NCBI GenBank assembly: GCA_964016885.1
Contig: OZ024745.1
Location: forward strand, 28,334,001 to 28,398,000
Direction: 5' to 3'
DNA: 64,000 nt
DNA from: Eledone cirrhosa
Lineage: Eukaryota
Position 1 is the stretch's first letter. Every line of letters starts with the position of its first letter. The notes under the pieces were generated by a model. It had not been told where the DNA came from, ran no database searches, and saw only the letters and a list, made by a program, of their open reading frames with translations. Positions 43,190 through 57,995 of the stretch are shown here, one piece after another. The position numbers were made by a program, and so were the translations under genes.

Positions 43190-43665
43190 AACACATGTAA
43201 CTTACCTGCCATACTTTGAAAAATACGTTATCCTGTAAGGGTGGGTAAATCCATTAAACCGGGGTAAGTAGGTAAATCCATTTTGTGGTAGTCCGTTAAA
43301 GGTGTGGGTATATATCTGTATATACATATATTCGTTGTATCCGTGTTGTATCTATGTATGTATATACATAGACCTACATAGACCTACATACACACATGCG
43401 ATGTCGGCTGCCACTCATACTGCATATATATATATACACACACACACAAATATACACACACACATAAGCTTGCATAATTGTTCGACAGTGCTGCTGCTGA
43501 TGGTGGTGGTGGTGGTGGTGGTGGTGGTGGTGGTAATACTTATTGTGAGGGCGGGGTTCTGATCGTAATAGTGGGGTTGGTGGGGGGCTAGATGTCGTAA
43601 TACTTTCGATGGGGGTAGAGACAGGTGTGGTAGTGGTGTCATACTCGCTGTGGTGGTGTCGTTGC

Positions 43666-43740
<75 letters not shown>

Positions 43741-43834
43741 GGTGGTGATGGTGGGGGCGGGGTAGTAGTATTGATGGTGGTGATGGTGGTAGTAGTAGTG
43801 GTGGTGGTGGTGGTGGTGGTGGTGGTGGTGGTAT

Positions 43835-43894
<60 letters not shown>

Positions 43895-43907
43895 CGGTGG
43901 TTGTGGC

Positions 43908-43951
<44 letters not shown>

Positions 43952-43964
43952 CGGTGGTTGTGGC

Positions 43965-43995
<31 letters not shown>

Positions 43996-44316
43996 ATAGT
44001 AGTAGTAGTGGTAGTAGTAGTAGTTCTACTATTACTACTACTACAGGTGAAGTGGTGGTGGTAGTGTGTATGTTTTTAAGTTGTTTAGCTGCATGTCAAC
44101 CGTGACTGAACAGATTTATCATCAGAGGCGTTCTAGCCGCGACCATCCTATATTGTATGTATGTATATAAGGAGAAAGTAATTATATATTTGTATTATAC
44201 ACAAATACAAGAGCCTTAATCCTTCGGGGTATATCTTTGTCTTGGTTTCCGCGATGCTGTTGACTCAAATAATATATTCAGCTCTACGCACTTTACCAAA
44301 AGTAATAGTTGATTAT

Positions 44317-44401
<85 letters not shown>

Positions 44402-44416
44402 TATATACATATATAT

Positions 44417-44496
<80 letters not shown>

Positions 44497-44521
44497 GGAG
44501 AGATAAAACTAATCTGTATTA

Positions 44522-44587
44522 TATTTTATCTGATGAAAGCGCACCATAATCTGCCTTGGTGGCCCTTGAAATATGTATAATGAAATA
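44522..44587 (+). ncRNA. Type I hammerhead ribozyme (H4)
   Basis: tattttat-CTGATGA-aagcgcacca..tggtggccctt-GAAA-tatgta-TA-atgaaata; downstream tail with ttgagtgc. Confidence 0.65.
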
Positions 44588-44738
44588 AATATGGTTTTAT
44601 AAATATAGTTTCCATTTGTTAATATATTGTATATTTACTCCAATGATTTCTTGAGTGCTTTATATCAGTTATAAAAATATTTTAGCTTATTGTATCCCAA
44701 CAAATTAAATATAACCTCTACATATATATATATAGAGA

Positions 44739-45459
44739 GAAAAGAATGAAACGAAATTTCATTTCTCACTCTTAGTACGGCTGATACCTAAATATAAGTA
44801 TGTATACGTACATACATATATGTGTACAGACGTACAGTAGTATGTATATATATACATACATGCACACATATATATATATGTACGTATGGGTTTACCGAAC
44901 ATTTATTATAATGTTCGGTTTGTTTGTAAACAAACAGCCCGAATTACGCCGTACAGTGTTCGGCAACCATCGTCGCCCTTTTGTTCAACACTGACACAGG
45001 AACGATGTACTAGTTTCAAGCTTATTAGCTATCGTCAGCATCGTATACCTTCCTGTCAGATGATTGAACGTTTGAAAGTATATACTTTCCTTATGCATAT
45101 TAACGGCTGAACAGCCTAATTTGCATATCGAGTGAGTTAGTCGGCCGGGTGCACCGAAAACGATAAATGGAAAAGAATGAAACGAAATTTCATTTCTCAC
45201 TCTTAGTACAGCTGATACCATATATGTACATATACATATATGTGTACAGACGTACAGTAGTATGTATATATATATACATACATGCACACATATATATATA
45301 TGTACGTATGGGTTTACCGAACATTTATTATAATGTTCGGTTTGTTTGTAAACAAACAGCCTGAATTACGCCCGAACACATATATATATGTGTGCATGTA
45401 TGTATATATATACATACTACTGTACGTCTGTACACATATATGTATGTACGTGTACATAC

Positions 45460-45460
<1 letters not shown>
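44739..45460 (-). mobile_element. Partial tandem micro-element (431-nt period) with inverted arm and one hammerhead
   Basis: Direct repeats 44739-44950 / 45170-45371; 45375-45460 is an inversion of about 44797-44880. Confidence 0.75.
45002..45044 (-). ncRNA. Minimal type I hammerhead ribozyme (H5)
   Basis: acgatg-CTGACGA-tagct aata agctt-GAAA-ctag-TA-catcgt; 6-bp stem I, palindromic III, GUA site. Confidence 0.85.
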
Positions 45461-45961
<501 letters not shown>

Positions 45962-46091
45962 CTTATTTATAAATTCGTGGAAACTATCAAGACTGTTTTG
46001 TTTTTTTTACTCTCATTATTTTCGTTTATTTACTCCTGACTAACTTTTATTTTCTGTGTCTATCCTTTGTGATCCAGTCTCTATTTCTTTA

Positions 46092-46127
46092 ACTCCTGAA
46101 GAAGGGCTATAGCCCGATACGTCGAAC
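46092..46127 (+). ncRNA. Degenerate minimal hammerhead (GAAA to GATA)
   Basis: CTGAAGA-a-gggct at agccc-GATA-cg-TC. Confidence 0.5.
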
Positions 46128-46199
46128 TTTCTTTCCCCTTTTTCAAAGTGTGAAACTAATAAGACTTTTTGTATCTCTGTTTTGTCGTTTCCTTGAACA

Positions 46200-46290
<91 letters not shown>

Positions 46291-46382
46291 GAAGGCTACG
46301 ACAATAGAACATGAACAGTAGATTTTGGCTTAAATTGAAGACAACAAAGATGTTGGTGTGTCACCTTTTATTTTATTCCCCT

Positions 46383-46422
46383 GTCCCAATATTTCGAGTC
46401 TAAAAACCCTTCATCAGAAGAC
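46383..46422 (-). ncRNA. Minimal type I hammerhead ribozyme (H6)
   Basis: gtctt-CTGATGA-agggtttttagactc-GAAA-ta-TT-gggac. Confidence 0.7.
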
Positions 46423-48182
46423 TATAATAAGAAACTGACTCGGAGTTCATGCTACTGTTCCCTTAAACGGTTCGCCCTTTTTTCTTCCTTTGTTTGTAAG
46501 CAGTGGTCTATTTATAGCTGCCAGAAATAACAACAAAAGCACACAACATTTGACAGGAACACGCACTCACGCATGCACAACATTATACACGTCATTCCAC
46601 AGACGACATCACTTCCGGTGTTGATAATTGAGGTGGTGATAATGGTGGGGTGGTGGTGATATATTGATAGTGGTGATGTGTGTTGGAGGAAGTGGTGGAA
46701 CTGGAGTATCAGTATGACAGATGACATAATTCAAGGCAAGGTGACCGGGATATGTTTGTAGGAATCCCATTGGACACACTAAGGTGTGTGTATGTTACTG
46801 TTGCTCTTATTGACGTAATTGTTATAATGTTTGTGGACAGGTGGCAGGACGATGTGGGGTAAGGGTAGAGAGAGGTAGAGGCTCATTATATAACATAGAA
46901 GCGTTTACCTGCGACATATCAACTCCTTCACATAATTGATGTCACACCGGTGCCAGTTGCTGTTGTCATGACTGCATAACAGCTCCACACTGGTGTCATA
47001 CATATTATCTAATAAATACGATTATGCCACATCTGCTTTGATGTTAATGCCATATATATATATATATAAAGACCCCTTTGGTCACGAATGACCATGGAAT
47101 TTGCACCTAGGGAGTTCCCCTCCGACGCACAAATCCGGGCAAGGTCGTTTGTGGAAGACCAGCAGCCACCCATGCATATCGGTCTCTGCTCTCCACGCCA
47201 CCGATGTTGTCCAAGAGAAAGACAAAGGCCGATTCATTTTGGCACCAATGAGGTCGCAACTTATTTCTACAGCTGGCTGAACTGGAGCAATGTGAAATAA
47301 AGTGTCTGGTTCAAGGACACAACACAGTCCTGTCTTGGAATCGAACTCACAACCCCACGATTATAAACAGGACACTCTAATTCCTAAGCCATACGCCTTC
47401 ACATTATGTATAGCCGGATAATTGGCAGAATCGTTAGAACGTCGGATAAAATAGTTTGCGGTATTTGTTCCAACACTGCGCTCTTAGTTCAAATTCTCCC
47501 GAGGTCAATGTTGCCATTCATCCTTCCCAGGTCGATAAAAGAAACCCAGTCAAGTACTGGGTTGTTATTTCTTCCTATATCTCTTTACAGTTCCTCTCTA
47601 TTACACTCACTCCTTCTCTGGGAGAAATCTGCTGTGTTCAGACCTATTTTCTGATAGGATTACATGCCTAAATACAAGATATGTGTATATTTTTATACAC
47701 GTTGGTGCAGTCACGTTTACACACTATATTTATATGAATATAACTTTATCATATATATATATATGTATATATATATATATCGGCACTTTTGCTACCAATT
47801 ATAGCGAGTCTGCTGCTATGATGAGATGGTGGAGTTGTGGTGTTCATTCAGTTGCTGTGTGTATACTCGTGGATTGCTCAGCGATGTGGTCACTGTTGCG
47901 GATATGCAAGTATATGAGTATCAGTGTTCATTATGAGGATGATGATGATGATATGATGGTTCTTTGGGTAAATGATTTACTCTCATCACATAGAAAATGA
48001 AATATATAAACTACAATAACACAAAGCCGCTATATTTACTAATTTATTAAATACAACTTTCGTCGAAGTTATACGACAATACACGAAGAGCAAATAACCA
48101 CAGTTGAAATGTACGATGTTATGTATCAGGTATGATGTGTATGCGTGTCTGCTTGCAAAGATATAATTAGAAATGTATTTAC

Positions 48183-48203
48183 CATAACTTCTGTTGATGG
48201 CAT
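48183..48203 (-). CDS. Candidate first coding exon MPSTEVM
   Basis: ATG CCA TCA ACA GAA GTT ATG | GTAAAT donor; ATAAATA TATA-like box at about 48333-48339 upstream in a unique island. Confidence 0.25.
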
Positions 48204-49184
48204 GAATTTCGCTGGCCTGGTTGAGAGAGAGAGAGAGACCGAAAGGGGTCGGTGTGTGGGATAGCTGACCATCACATCTTAGTTAGTCGGTATAAATTCT
48301 GCAGCTTCCTGAATTGGCTGGGAGGAGCAGGCTATTTATCAGTATTCCTTCGTTTGTTTCCGGGACAGGTGAATAAGTAGATGCCGGTTGCTATGTCAAA
48401 ATCTCAGACATAATGGCGATTCGATGAAACAAGTTCTTTCAATATTGGTTGTTCCAAAGATTTGAAATAAATAATAAGGTTTCATTTATTCTTGAAACCA
48501 TGGTAGGGAGGCGATTATATGAGTTAGACTAACTTATTTTAGTCGGTCTCACTTATACACCCCTAAATTCAGATTTTAACTTTAATACGTTATATATATT
48601 ATATAGGTATATATATATGTAAATTGACATAATTGATAGTTAGATAGTTAGATGATATAATTATCAGCAGAAGAGGGTGCTCAGAGAGCAAAGTAGCTAG
48701 AATAACGACAGGATAGAAGTTTAGGGTACTGCTTCCCCTACTAACAACAAAAGGTTTCCCCCTACAAACAAAAGTCAGCTGTATGCCGCCATGTTGCATG
48801 GTAGTGAGACATAGGCAGTGAACACAGAGGACTTGCTAACCTTAACCCGAACCTTTTCATTGAAATCCTCCGAAACTATAATGATCTCAAGAAGACAGCT
48901 GACGAGCGGGAACTGTCCATGGGCTTGTTTCTTCCGAGCTTTCTGTTCCTTATATATGTACCACGTGTTTTTTTAAATTTTATACACACACACACACACA
49001 TGCACACACACAAACACACACACACACAACACACACACATATATATATATATATGCACATATCTACAAAGATATATTTACACACATGTATACAAACATTC
49101 ACTGATCCACACCCACTTACATAGTCACATGCATACATATGCACATCCAGCCCCATATATACACATATATATATGTGTGTGTGT

Positions 49185-49225
<41 letters not shown>

Positions 49226-49267
49226 CGCGTGTGTGTGTGTGTATATATATGCTTATATATATATATG

Positions 49268-49304
<37 letters not shown>

Positions 49305-49685
49305 TTAGAGAAACATACATATACAATTACATAGAAAAACACACCTCTATGTACTCATATGCATACTCTCACATGCTCAGTTGGTGGCCTGCATTGCACA
49401 TAACAGCACTGACCTAAATACACACATACACAAACATACACACATAGATATACATAAACATACACACATACACATATACATATACATATACATAATACAC
49501 ATACACATACAGAGATATCATTACACTTATACACACATTATAACACTCACCATGGGAACGGTGCAATCTAAGTTACTTACCTGGGACAAACCGGTTTGAG
49601 ACATTCCGCTCATCCATCATAGTCACATATACTCACACTCACACACACACGCATACATATATAAACACATTCACACACACACGTA

Positions 49686-49749
<64 letters not shown>

Positions 49750-49850
49750 TACATATATATATATAAATATTATTTATTATTTATTATTTATATATATATA
49801 TATGTATACATACGCACACATACATATATATATTATATAAATATGTATAT

Positions 49851-49948
<98 letters not shown>

Positions 49949-49972
49949 GTAATAAACAACATAAGGCAATTA

Positions 49973-50033
49973 TTTCATTTACCAGTGGTTTCTTGAAAGC
50001 AAACGAAATTTGCTTTCAGTCATCAGAATGAAA
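49973..50033 (-). ncRNA. Type I hammerhead ribozyme (H7)
   Basis: tttcatt-CTGATGA-c tgaaagcaaa tttcg tttgctttca a-GAAA-ccactgg-TA-aatgaaa; 7-bp stem I, 10-bp stem II, GUA site. Confidence 0.85.
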
Positions 50034-50179
50034 AAATCCTGGTGTATTTATTGACAGTGGATTTTAAAAACAAAAATATAATCTATATGAAAGTGAGGCT
50101 GGAAAAGGAAGAAGGAAAGGAAACAGAATAAATATAAAAGTAGATAAACACACATGCACACACAGGCACACACACATAT

Positions 50180-50242
<63 letters not shown>

Positions 50243-50410
50243 AAAGAATAGAGGTGTAACACACAAGTTATTATCTCTTATTATATTATTATTATTATTA
50301 TTATTATTATACAGCCATTTGACACACATCCCTGCTAACCATTATCACAACATCGAACACCTTACTACTACTACACACACACACATATTTGTTGTGAAAG
50401 AGTCATTTCT

Positions 50411-50655
50411 CAGTCTTGGCGCAAAATCAATTTTTTATTCACATGACCTCTACCGACCAATCAAAATTGTTTTGACCACAAGAATTTTTGCAAACAACAA
50501 GTAGCGCTGGAGCCACTTTTTTAACATAAAAACAGTCTTGGCGCAAAATCAATTTTTTACATTCACATGACCTCTACCGACCAATCAAAATTGTTTTGAC
50601 CACAAGAATTTTTGCAACACCAAAGTAGCGCTGGAGCCACTTTTTTAACATAAAA
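50411..50655. repeat. About 122-bp direct tandem duplication
   Basis: cagtcttggcgcaaaatc...taacataaaa present twice. Confidence 0.9.
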
Positions 50656-50873
50656 ATAGGTAGAATTCCCAAAACTAATCAGATCAGCAAACAACACGGG
50701 CACTCTATCTCAAAATTATTTTTGAAAAGCATTTAGAAATCCGCAACCGGTAAAAACTTAAAAACTTAAAACCACAACTGAATACTAACCCATACAATTA
50801 CTAATACTCTTTTATTCCTAATTAAACCATATTTCAACTGTGAACAATTTGTCTGCATTTTCTATTCCGTTTA

Positions 50874-50916
<43 letters not shown>

Positions 50917-51054
50917 ATACTTTGGGAGGGTCATGTTGCCAATAAGAAACACACGCACCAGTTGCTTTCACTTCAATTTATTATAATAAATTTATAAATT
51001 TATAAATTTCTGGTTGGTTGGTTGGTTCCACAACCAGATGATTGTTCATATATT

Positions 51055-51097
51055 GTCATAGTTCTTTCGTCACACACTCTGTGACCTCTTCAGTGAC
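51055..51097 (-). ncRNA. Minimal type I hammerhead ribozyme (H8) in element 50912-51100
   Basis: gtca-CTGAAGA-g gtcaca gagtg tgtgac-GAAA-gaac-TA-tgac; a second family copy at 60997-61039 (+). Confidence 0.8.
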
Positions 51098-51098
51098 T

Positions 51099-51179
<81 letters not shown>

Positions 51180-51215
51180 TATTTATATATATATATATAT
51201 TTAGAGAGAGAGAGG

Positions 51216-51328
<113 letters not shown>

Positions 51329-51340
51329 TTAATAGTTGAA

Positions 51341-51468
51341 CTTATCTTCGCATTACGAAAAGTTTCAGGTTATAAACACGTCTATTTCATTAGATGCATT
51401 GGAGAATAAAAAATATCTGATGAAAATCTATATTTTCGTCTTGAAACAACTGGTTATACGGAGATAAG
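51341..51468 (+). mobile_element. Old degenerate fold-back with hammerhead core
   Basis: tat-CTGATGA..GAAA-caactgg-TT-ata (51414-51458), mirrored by a degenerate left arm; stems weak. Confidence 0.5.
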
Positions 51469-51543
51469 TCAAAGTGTTTTTGTATGTTAACTCAGCTTAC
51501 ACATTACTTGTTGATTGCTCTTTCCTTTCATTTGAATCCACAC

Positions 51544-51579
<36 letters not shown>

Positions 51580-51582
<3 letters not shown>

Positions 51583-51785
51583 AACGAGTAGGACCCCGAC
51601 GGCTGAGCTCAAGCCCTTTCGACGGCTAATTCTGGACCAGAATTAGGTCCATAATTAACAGTCGAAACGGCTTGAGCTCAGCCGTCGGGGTCCTACTCGT
51701 TCCTATTACCCACTCTACTACCCTAAGTATTGAGTACTTTGGTGAGTTATGGTCCATCTGGTTCCTTGCCACATTTCCTTCGTTA
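51580..51785 (+). mobile_element. PLE fold-back micro-element holding the 3' half of a hammerhead
   Basis: Arms 51580-51637 / 51647-51704; GAAA-cggct[tgagctc]agccg-TC (GUC site) at 51664-51686; tail shared with 5090-5150. Confidence 0.8.
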
Positions 51786-51817
51786 TATATATATATATCT
51801 ATATCTATATATATATA

Positions 51818-52449
51818 TATTGTTATACTTGGGGAGGGTCATATTTGTGTAATATTGCCAGAATTAATAACAGAACACACTCACCGTTTGGTTGGTTTTC
51901 GCTTCTCGCTTCTGTGTCTTTTATATCGGTAATCTAATTTATTCGGTCCTCAATGTTGCCATTGACTGACTGACGGTCAAAAATAATACAGATACAATAT
52001 AGACACAAACACATATATATAGTTTATCATAAATCTTTCGTTGCACATCTGCAACATCGTCAGTGGTGTTATCGTTTCCTCTTGTTGTATTATATGTCTA
52101 CGCCATTTTTATTCAGTCTGTCTATATATTTATTCATTTATTTGCTTGTTTGTTTATTTTATTTTGTCTTCTTTGCGGATGCGTTTGCGTGTGTGTATAG
52201 TGTTTTGTTTGCTGTGTGATGGGTGACTTGTGTGTGTTTATGTGCTTGTTGTTATTGTGTTTGTGTATGCATTTATTTATTTATTTTATTTTATTTACTT
52301 ATTTATACTTCTCTTAGGTCAGTGTTGTTTGTTTGGGTGTTGTTTGTGTGTTCTGTTATTAATTCTGGCAATATTACACAAATATGACTCTCCCCAAGTA
52401 TAACAATATTTGTTTCGACACACGATTTCATATAAAAAACCTCGCAAAA

Positions 52450-52455
<6 letters not shown>
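51818..52455 (+). mobile_element. Fold-back element with about 60-bp terminal inverted arms + tail; ends related to H8
   Basis: tgttatacttggggagggtcatatttgtg..aacagaacacac mirrored at 52346-52408. Confidence 0.7.
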
Positions 52456-52517
<62 letters not shown>

Positions 52518-52831
52518 CACCATTGTTTGCATGGTGTTACCTCTAATAATTTGGATTGCATTGCTGCGATGCTATTGTAAAATCTATTAATTGTTTTAAG
52601 AATATATATTACTTTCCTAATTTTGAATTATGTGTAAAAACTGCTTTGATTCACACCATGCATTTCCCGCTTCGATAACAAGAACTAAACTCCCTTTTTA
52701 ACCCTCGTGTAACACTGAAATACTACTAACGTAGCAATAAAAAGTCCTTTTTCTTTGAGAGCGAGGCTCCCATATGTTTATCGTACATAACCATATAGTA
52801 TATAGAGGCCTTGAATGGAGTGCTATCTGGG

Positions 52832-53060
52832 CTACCCAAAACTGAAAGTCTCTAATTGCTTGGAAATTTCATTAGGGTGGGAGCTGACCATGAGGCTTGG
52901 CCTACCTGGGAGGGGCAGGATCAGCGCAAATGGCCAACGATTGCTTGAGCTGTGCTGCCTCCGTGGCCTATGAGTGATTATCAATACCTTCTTCAACTGT
53001 AATGTCTTCAAGACACCAGCGTTCCCACCACTGGCGGCACCAGGTTGACTGGTGGAACTT
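52832..53060 (+). pseudogene. Degraded RTE APE fragment
   Basis: LLGNF..RVGADHEAWP..NGQRLLELC..NTFF..HW. Confidence 0.7.
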
Positions 53061-53132
53061 GGCAGTGTCCTTCTCATCCTCAAATCTCTCCTCGACGAAT
53101 GGATGTCAGTTTAGTCTGTGCGCGTGTGTGGA

Positions 53133-53165
<33 letters not shown>

Positions 53166-53380
53166 TAGTAAAGCATACGTTTGTAATAATTGTTTCTACT
53201 TTTGGCACAAGGCCAGCAATTACCCAGTGCATTACTGGTACTTTATTTTATCGACCCCGTAAGGATGAAAGGCAAAGTTAACCTCGGCGGGATTTGAACT
53301 CAGAATAGCAAGATCCGTAACTCTATGCGTCAAAGCATGGCGTCCGACTCTCTACCGATACTGCCAATCCATAATGTCAT

Positions 53381-54121
53381 ATTAAACAGGAAAGATCAGT
53401 AATTTATTACTACCTTATTATCAGTAAGAAAAAATAGCTCAATGTAAATACATGAGATGTTTTACAGAGCCAGAATATAAATTACACAATAATCAAAGCT
53501 ATGTTCAAATCATTTTATTGCTGACAATCGTTTCTTCCAAACTATCGTTTGGAATCATCGGAGCAGTAGCAATGTTTGTACATATAATTAACCTCCTATT
53601 CAACTGAACAATCATATAGATACATGGATATTAATGTTGTCAACAACAGTTTCGTATTTACAGGGGGGAATGGATGTGACATAGATTACAAGATAATTGT
53701 ACAATAATTAAAATTACAAATTAAAATTAAAAAAATAAAAATTATAAAGGTACAGAGTGGAATGCAGGCGACAGAGATTATAAGGGAATAATATAACAAT
53801 TAAAGAGGCATTAAGGTAAAAAGTTACTCGCAAAACGAGGACATTAGCAGTACATATGCAAGCGTATATAAAGAATGCAGATGTGTTAGGCATGTACAGA
53901 ATAACCAGGTAAGAAACAAGCAATGGTACTAAGCATATATATCACAGTATGGCAAAGTTATCACATAGTACAATACAGGTATAAAAGCATATTATTCAGA
54001 CAGAGGTGCTTGGGTATGAAAAGCATATATTCCGGCTCTGTAAAACATCTGATGTATTTTCATTGAGCTATTTTTCTTACTGGTAATAAGGTAGTAATAC
54101 GTTACTGATCTTTCCTGTTTA
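53381..54121 (-). mobile_element. PLE-type element with about 95-bp inverted arms
   Basis: 53381-53478 mirrored at 54027-54121; contains the hammerhead at 53519-53565. Confidence 0.75.
53519..53565 (-). ncRNA. Type I hammerhead (H9) with U4C core change
   Basis: tgct-CCGATGA-ttccaaac gata gtttggaa-GAAA-cgattg-TC-agca. Confidence 0.75.
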
Positions 54122-54165
54122 TAATTATATATAGTGTATATAAGTATAAATATTATTATTATTAT

Positions 54166-54305
<140 letters not shown>

Positions 54306-54306
54306 T

Positions 54307-54449
<143 letters not shown>

Positions 54450-54487
54450 TATATATATATATTTATATATATTTATATATATATATT

Positions 54488-54520
<33 letters not shown>

Positions 54521-54685
54521 ATATTCATATATATATATATATTTATATAGATATATATTTATATATATATATATTTATATATATATATATTTATATATAT
54601 ATATATTTATATATATAATCAATCGTCCTTTTTATCCTTTCTATATTTTACACTCTGTATATCATTTTCTTATAGCATTTTAAGA

Positions 54686-54772
54686 GGGTCTGTCGAGCTG
54701 CAGATTATTGAGTCGGGTAGGATCGATATATATCGAACCTTGAGCTGATCAGTGGCGAAACGCGCGTCACCT
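54686..54772 (+). ncRNA. Type I hammerhead (H10) with long stem II and A6U core change, in a 179-nt unit
   Basis: gggt-CTGTCGA-gctgc...gtggc-GAAA-cgcgcg-TC-acct; 26-nt direct repeats at 54615-54640 / 54794-54819. Confidence 0.7.
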
Positions 54773-54815
54773 ATCAATAAATGCAATGAAGGAATAATCA
54801 ATCGTCCTTTTTATC

Positions 54816-54879
<64 letters not shown>

Positions 54880-55461
54880 ACACACACACATATATGTGTG
54901 TGTGCATATATATATATTACTGGGTTTCATGCTTGCGTGCGTTCGTCTGGGCACATGGAAGAAAGTTAGACTAACAATACAGTGAGTGAATCATCAGCTT
55001 AGAACGAATATTTAACTCCACATGGATTGGCAGTATCGGTAGAGGGTCGGACGCCATGCTTTCCAGCATAGTTACGTCCCTTTACGATCTGAGTTCAAAT
55101 CCCGCCGTGGTTGACTTTGCCTTTCATCCTTACGGGGTCGATAAAATAAAGTACCAGTAATGCACTGGGTAATTGCTGGTCTTGTGCCTAAAGTAGAAAC
55201 AATTATTTTCCCTGTATAACGCGATTTGTTAACAATTTCTTAATTTTCTAACGTTTTGATTTTTTTTTTTTTTTTACTCGAGTAGATTGTTCCATTGATA
55301 GAACAACTGGTTCTCTTAGCATCATGAGCTAACTCAAGATTATGGTAACGGCACATGCACAAGATACTTTACAGTGCGATCGAACCTGAGACCTAATGAC
55401 TGCAAAATGAACTTCTTCGACACTCAGCCATACCTAGTTTTACTGACTAAACACCACCAAA

Positions 55462-55693
55462 CAGGGGCGGTGGAAGTATTTCTGAATTAGGTGGGGTGTC
55501 CAAATTTGGTCAATTTAGTTATAGTGATTAGTTTAGCTGTTATTATCAATTATCAACCAAGATATAAAAAACTTCGATATGCGATAAACATATGTACATA
55601 AATAAACGTGTGTTTTTGGTAGTTTGGGGAGAAAAATATTATGGGGGGGAGGGGCATGGTCCCCCTGTCCCACCCCCAGTTCCACCGGCCCTG
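55462..55693. mobile_element. hAT-like MITE with 5-bp TSD
   Basis: TIR caggggcggtggaa / ttccaccggccctg; ccaaa on both sides; partial related copy at 3473-3580. Confidence 0.75.
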
Positions 55694-57399
55694 CCAAACA
55701 TGCTGTCCTGTGTGAAATATATATAACATGTTTACCCTCTAGAACTAACAATTGTGTCTTATGCATACCTTTATTATAAATATATCAACGTCTTTTCGTC
55801 TTTATTCTGTTATTAAGTCTATTTAATCCGTTAATCCGTTAATTGTACCAAATTAATAGGAATGTCATAATACTGATTCCCTGCTATGTGTAGATTCTGT
55901 TGTCTTTGTGCTGTAGATGGCTGTTGTTTTGGTATCTCTGTTCGTGGGAACAGTGCATGTTATGGATGTATACATGGCTACGTAGATAAGCTATTCGTTT
56001 GGCAACTACTTGGTTTCAGTTTCAATCTCACTGCGCTTCACTCTCAGTTGAAACCGACGCGGGTATACTCTATACACAATTATAATTTATAATTGCTTTT
56101 ACTTATCCTAGAAAAGTATTTATATTTCCACAAATATTCCTTGACTAATATGTTGTCCACAATTTTATCGACAATTTCTATCTCGACTAATTTGTCTTTT
56201 ATCTTTCGACGAACATATTTTCGACGAATGCTTCTAGCCCAATTTTTAAGTTACCAGTGAGAGGGTTGGATTTAGACCTTGGGAAGGCTGAGGCACTTCA
56301 GGTTTGTTTTTAGACTAGACCTACAATGTCTGCTTGGGTGGATATTTAGCACCACAGGCTAGCTCTAGATTGTGTGTCTGGGTATTTAGCACCCTAAGCT
56401 ATTTCTACAATGTGCAGCCCCTTCTGGAATTTAAGCATCTTATTCTCCTAAATAAAATAATTTCAACTGACAGCTTCGACAGCTTCTAAGAATATTACTA
56501 AGCCTGTATTTTCCACTACACAGTCCACACTCGTGCATGTTGAATTATGTCACAGATCATAACAAAAATACGATCCTCTCCACCACTTTCGATATTCCAC
56601 TGTGATGCTACGCGACAAAGATGTTTAACGATTTATTGATTGATTGCAGAAAATTAAAATATATATTTAATTAATTATACAAATTTGCATAAAACTGTGA
56701 TTCTTTAAGATTCAATAACGTCCCTCTCCAGAGTACGCCCTAGGCGGCTGCCTAGTTGGTTTTAATAGCATCACTGGCCCTGGATTATTGGTTACTAAAT
56801 ATTTCAATTGTAAACGACTTCTGTCGCTATATAAATCCTTTACTTTGTATTCAATAGAAAATGACTGATATTTTGCTTTTTATAAAACCCCAAATCCTTT
56901 ATATCTAAGCAACTTTAACATGTTTGGTATTCATGTACGGACTTCTGTTGTTAAGTTGATCTGCTGTCAGAAGCCGACACTGTCTTAAAACTTGCCCAGT
57001 TATTCGTCACTAATCTGGTCGGACCATTATACGTTAATATCTTGTATATCTGAGAAGATTGAAAAAAATGTATATCAGTTATAAATAGTTCCGTTTTCGT
57101 TCCAATCTTTACGCAGCGATTATGACTTCAGTTCTTTTGCGACATGTTTCATCTGTGTTTCTTTTGTTTTATTTTTACCCAGTTCAGCGAAAAACTGTGT
57201 ATTGCATAATGCCTGGACATGTAGCTACTGATGATGTCGTAGGTGTGCTCTCATAACAGGGCGTGTTTAGACAGTTTAACCCGGGTTGAGCCTAGCTTTC
57301 TAAAGGTCTGGTCATAACCCATTTATTCCAGTGACCCCCCCCCCCCCTCCCCCACCCCCAACGAAAAACGGAACCCCGCAAAGAAACCCTCCCCCACCG

Positions 57400-57860
57400 A
57401 TAAACGGCTACATAGTCTCTTATTTACTACATAATCCCTTAGCCGGAACGTAGACTCTTACAGGCTACAAACCTTTTTCCGGCTACATAGCCTCATACCG
57501 GCCACATAGCCTCTTGCCGGCTACTTAGTCAAATATTGGCTACATAGCTTCTACCGGTTACATAGCCTATTACCGGCTACATAGCATCTTACCGGCTACA
57601 CATACCCCTTATAATGAAAAACAAACCCCCAACGATAAACGGCAACATAGCCTCTTACCGGCTACATAGCTTTATACCGGCTACATAGCGTTTTGTCGGC
57701 TACATAGCCTCTTACCGGTTATATAGCCTCTACCGGCTACACAATCTCTTGTCGGCTACATAGCCTTTTGTCGGCTACATAGCCTCTTACCGGTTACATA
57801 GTTTCTATCGGCTACATAGCCACATACCGACAACATAGCTTTTACCGGCTACATAGCCCC
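57400..57860. repeat. 19-20-bp minisatellite
   Basis: ccggctacatagcctctta units. Confidence 0.9.
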
Positions 57861-57995
57861 CCAACCTGCTGAAATAGCAGCCAAATGTTTCCCTCACGCC
57901 ACGTTTTGAAATAATGACCAGCTCATTCAATTGCATAGTCTTAGGTAGTCGTATAAAAGCAAGATTGTTATAGTTGAAATAAATCCCTTTGATTA

